Made by a program: the position numbers and the translations under genes. 32,268 nt of DNA from a virus (taxonomy: Duplodnaviria; Caudoviricetes), in the IMG/VR virus record IMGVR_UViG_3300012940_000069, positions 1-32,268 of that record; one strand, 5' to 3'. This document shows, one piece after another, positions 32,084-32,268 of the stretch (its first letter is position 1; each line of letters starts with the position of its first letter). The notes below the pieces were generated by a model. That model was not told the origin of the DNA. It worked only from the letters and a program-made list of their open reading frames with translations, and did no database searches.

Positions 32084-32268
32084 TCAGCCATGGGGTCGGC
32101 TCAGATAGTCATGAGCCCGACGCAGCGCCTCGCGAAGGCGCTCGATCTCGGCGATCAGCGCATTGCGCGCGGCATCGGCATTTGCTAAAGCGTCGTCATA
32201 TCGCGGCGTGCCACGCGCCAGCGCTGCGGCCACGATTGCATCGCCGTAGGCGTCTACGAGCTGTTCGA
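32084..32268 (-). CDS. C-terminal part of a small early protein (truncated by the window edge)
   Basis: Open frame EQLVDAYGDA...AEIERLREALRRAHDYLSRPHG*. Confidence 0.6.
   Translation of the reverse strand, partial: EQLVDAYGDAIVAAALARGTPRYDDALANADAARNALIAEIERLREALRRAHDYLSRPHG

Overview
About 32 kb of a tailed dsDNA phage genome with podovirus-type architecture and two convergent arms. The + strand (1-22123) is the morphogenesis arm. It carries the end of a repeat-rich virion protein, TerS, a PD-(D/E)XK nuclease, TerL, portal, scaffold and an SU10/DUF5309-type major capsid protein. These are followed by an embedded lysis cassette, adaptor, tail proteins resembling those of LUZ24/PaP3-like phages, a tail fibre with an S74 chaperone plus adhesin, and ejection proteins including a 1889-aa polyvalent protein. 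The - strand (21981-32268) is the early/replication arm. It carries an array of mini-genes, a Sak4-like ATPase, an SSB-like protein, an SF1B helicase, a HAD hydrolase, a ParB-methyltransferase fusion, a UDG-PolA fusion, a DUF3987 helicase-like protein and a small HTH protein. Most notable observations: (1) the tail nozzle gene is split into two intact genes in permuted order, and the N-half has gained a putative fibre-docking peptide; (2) a mini-gene array is joined by a ~23-bp junction repeat with an exact 190-bp period over three units; (3) a 32-bp palindromic element occurs twice, 14.7 kb apart, once per arm; (4) an ART-like domain is inserted in the giant ejection protein; (5) the PolA has non-canonical active-site motifs. 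All family assignments come from motif recognition by eye; no searches were run.
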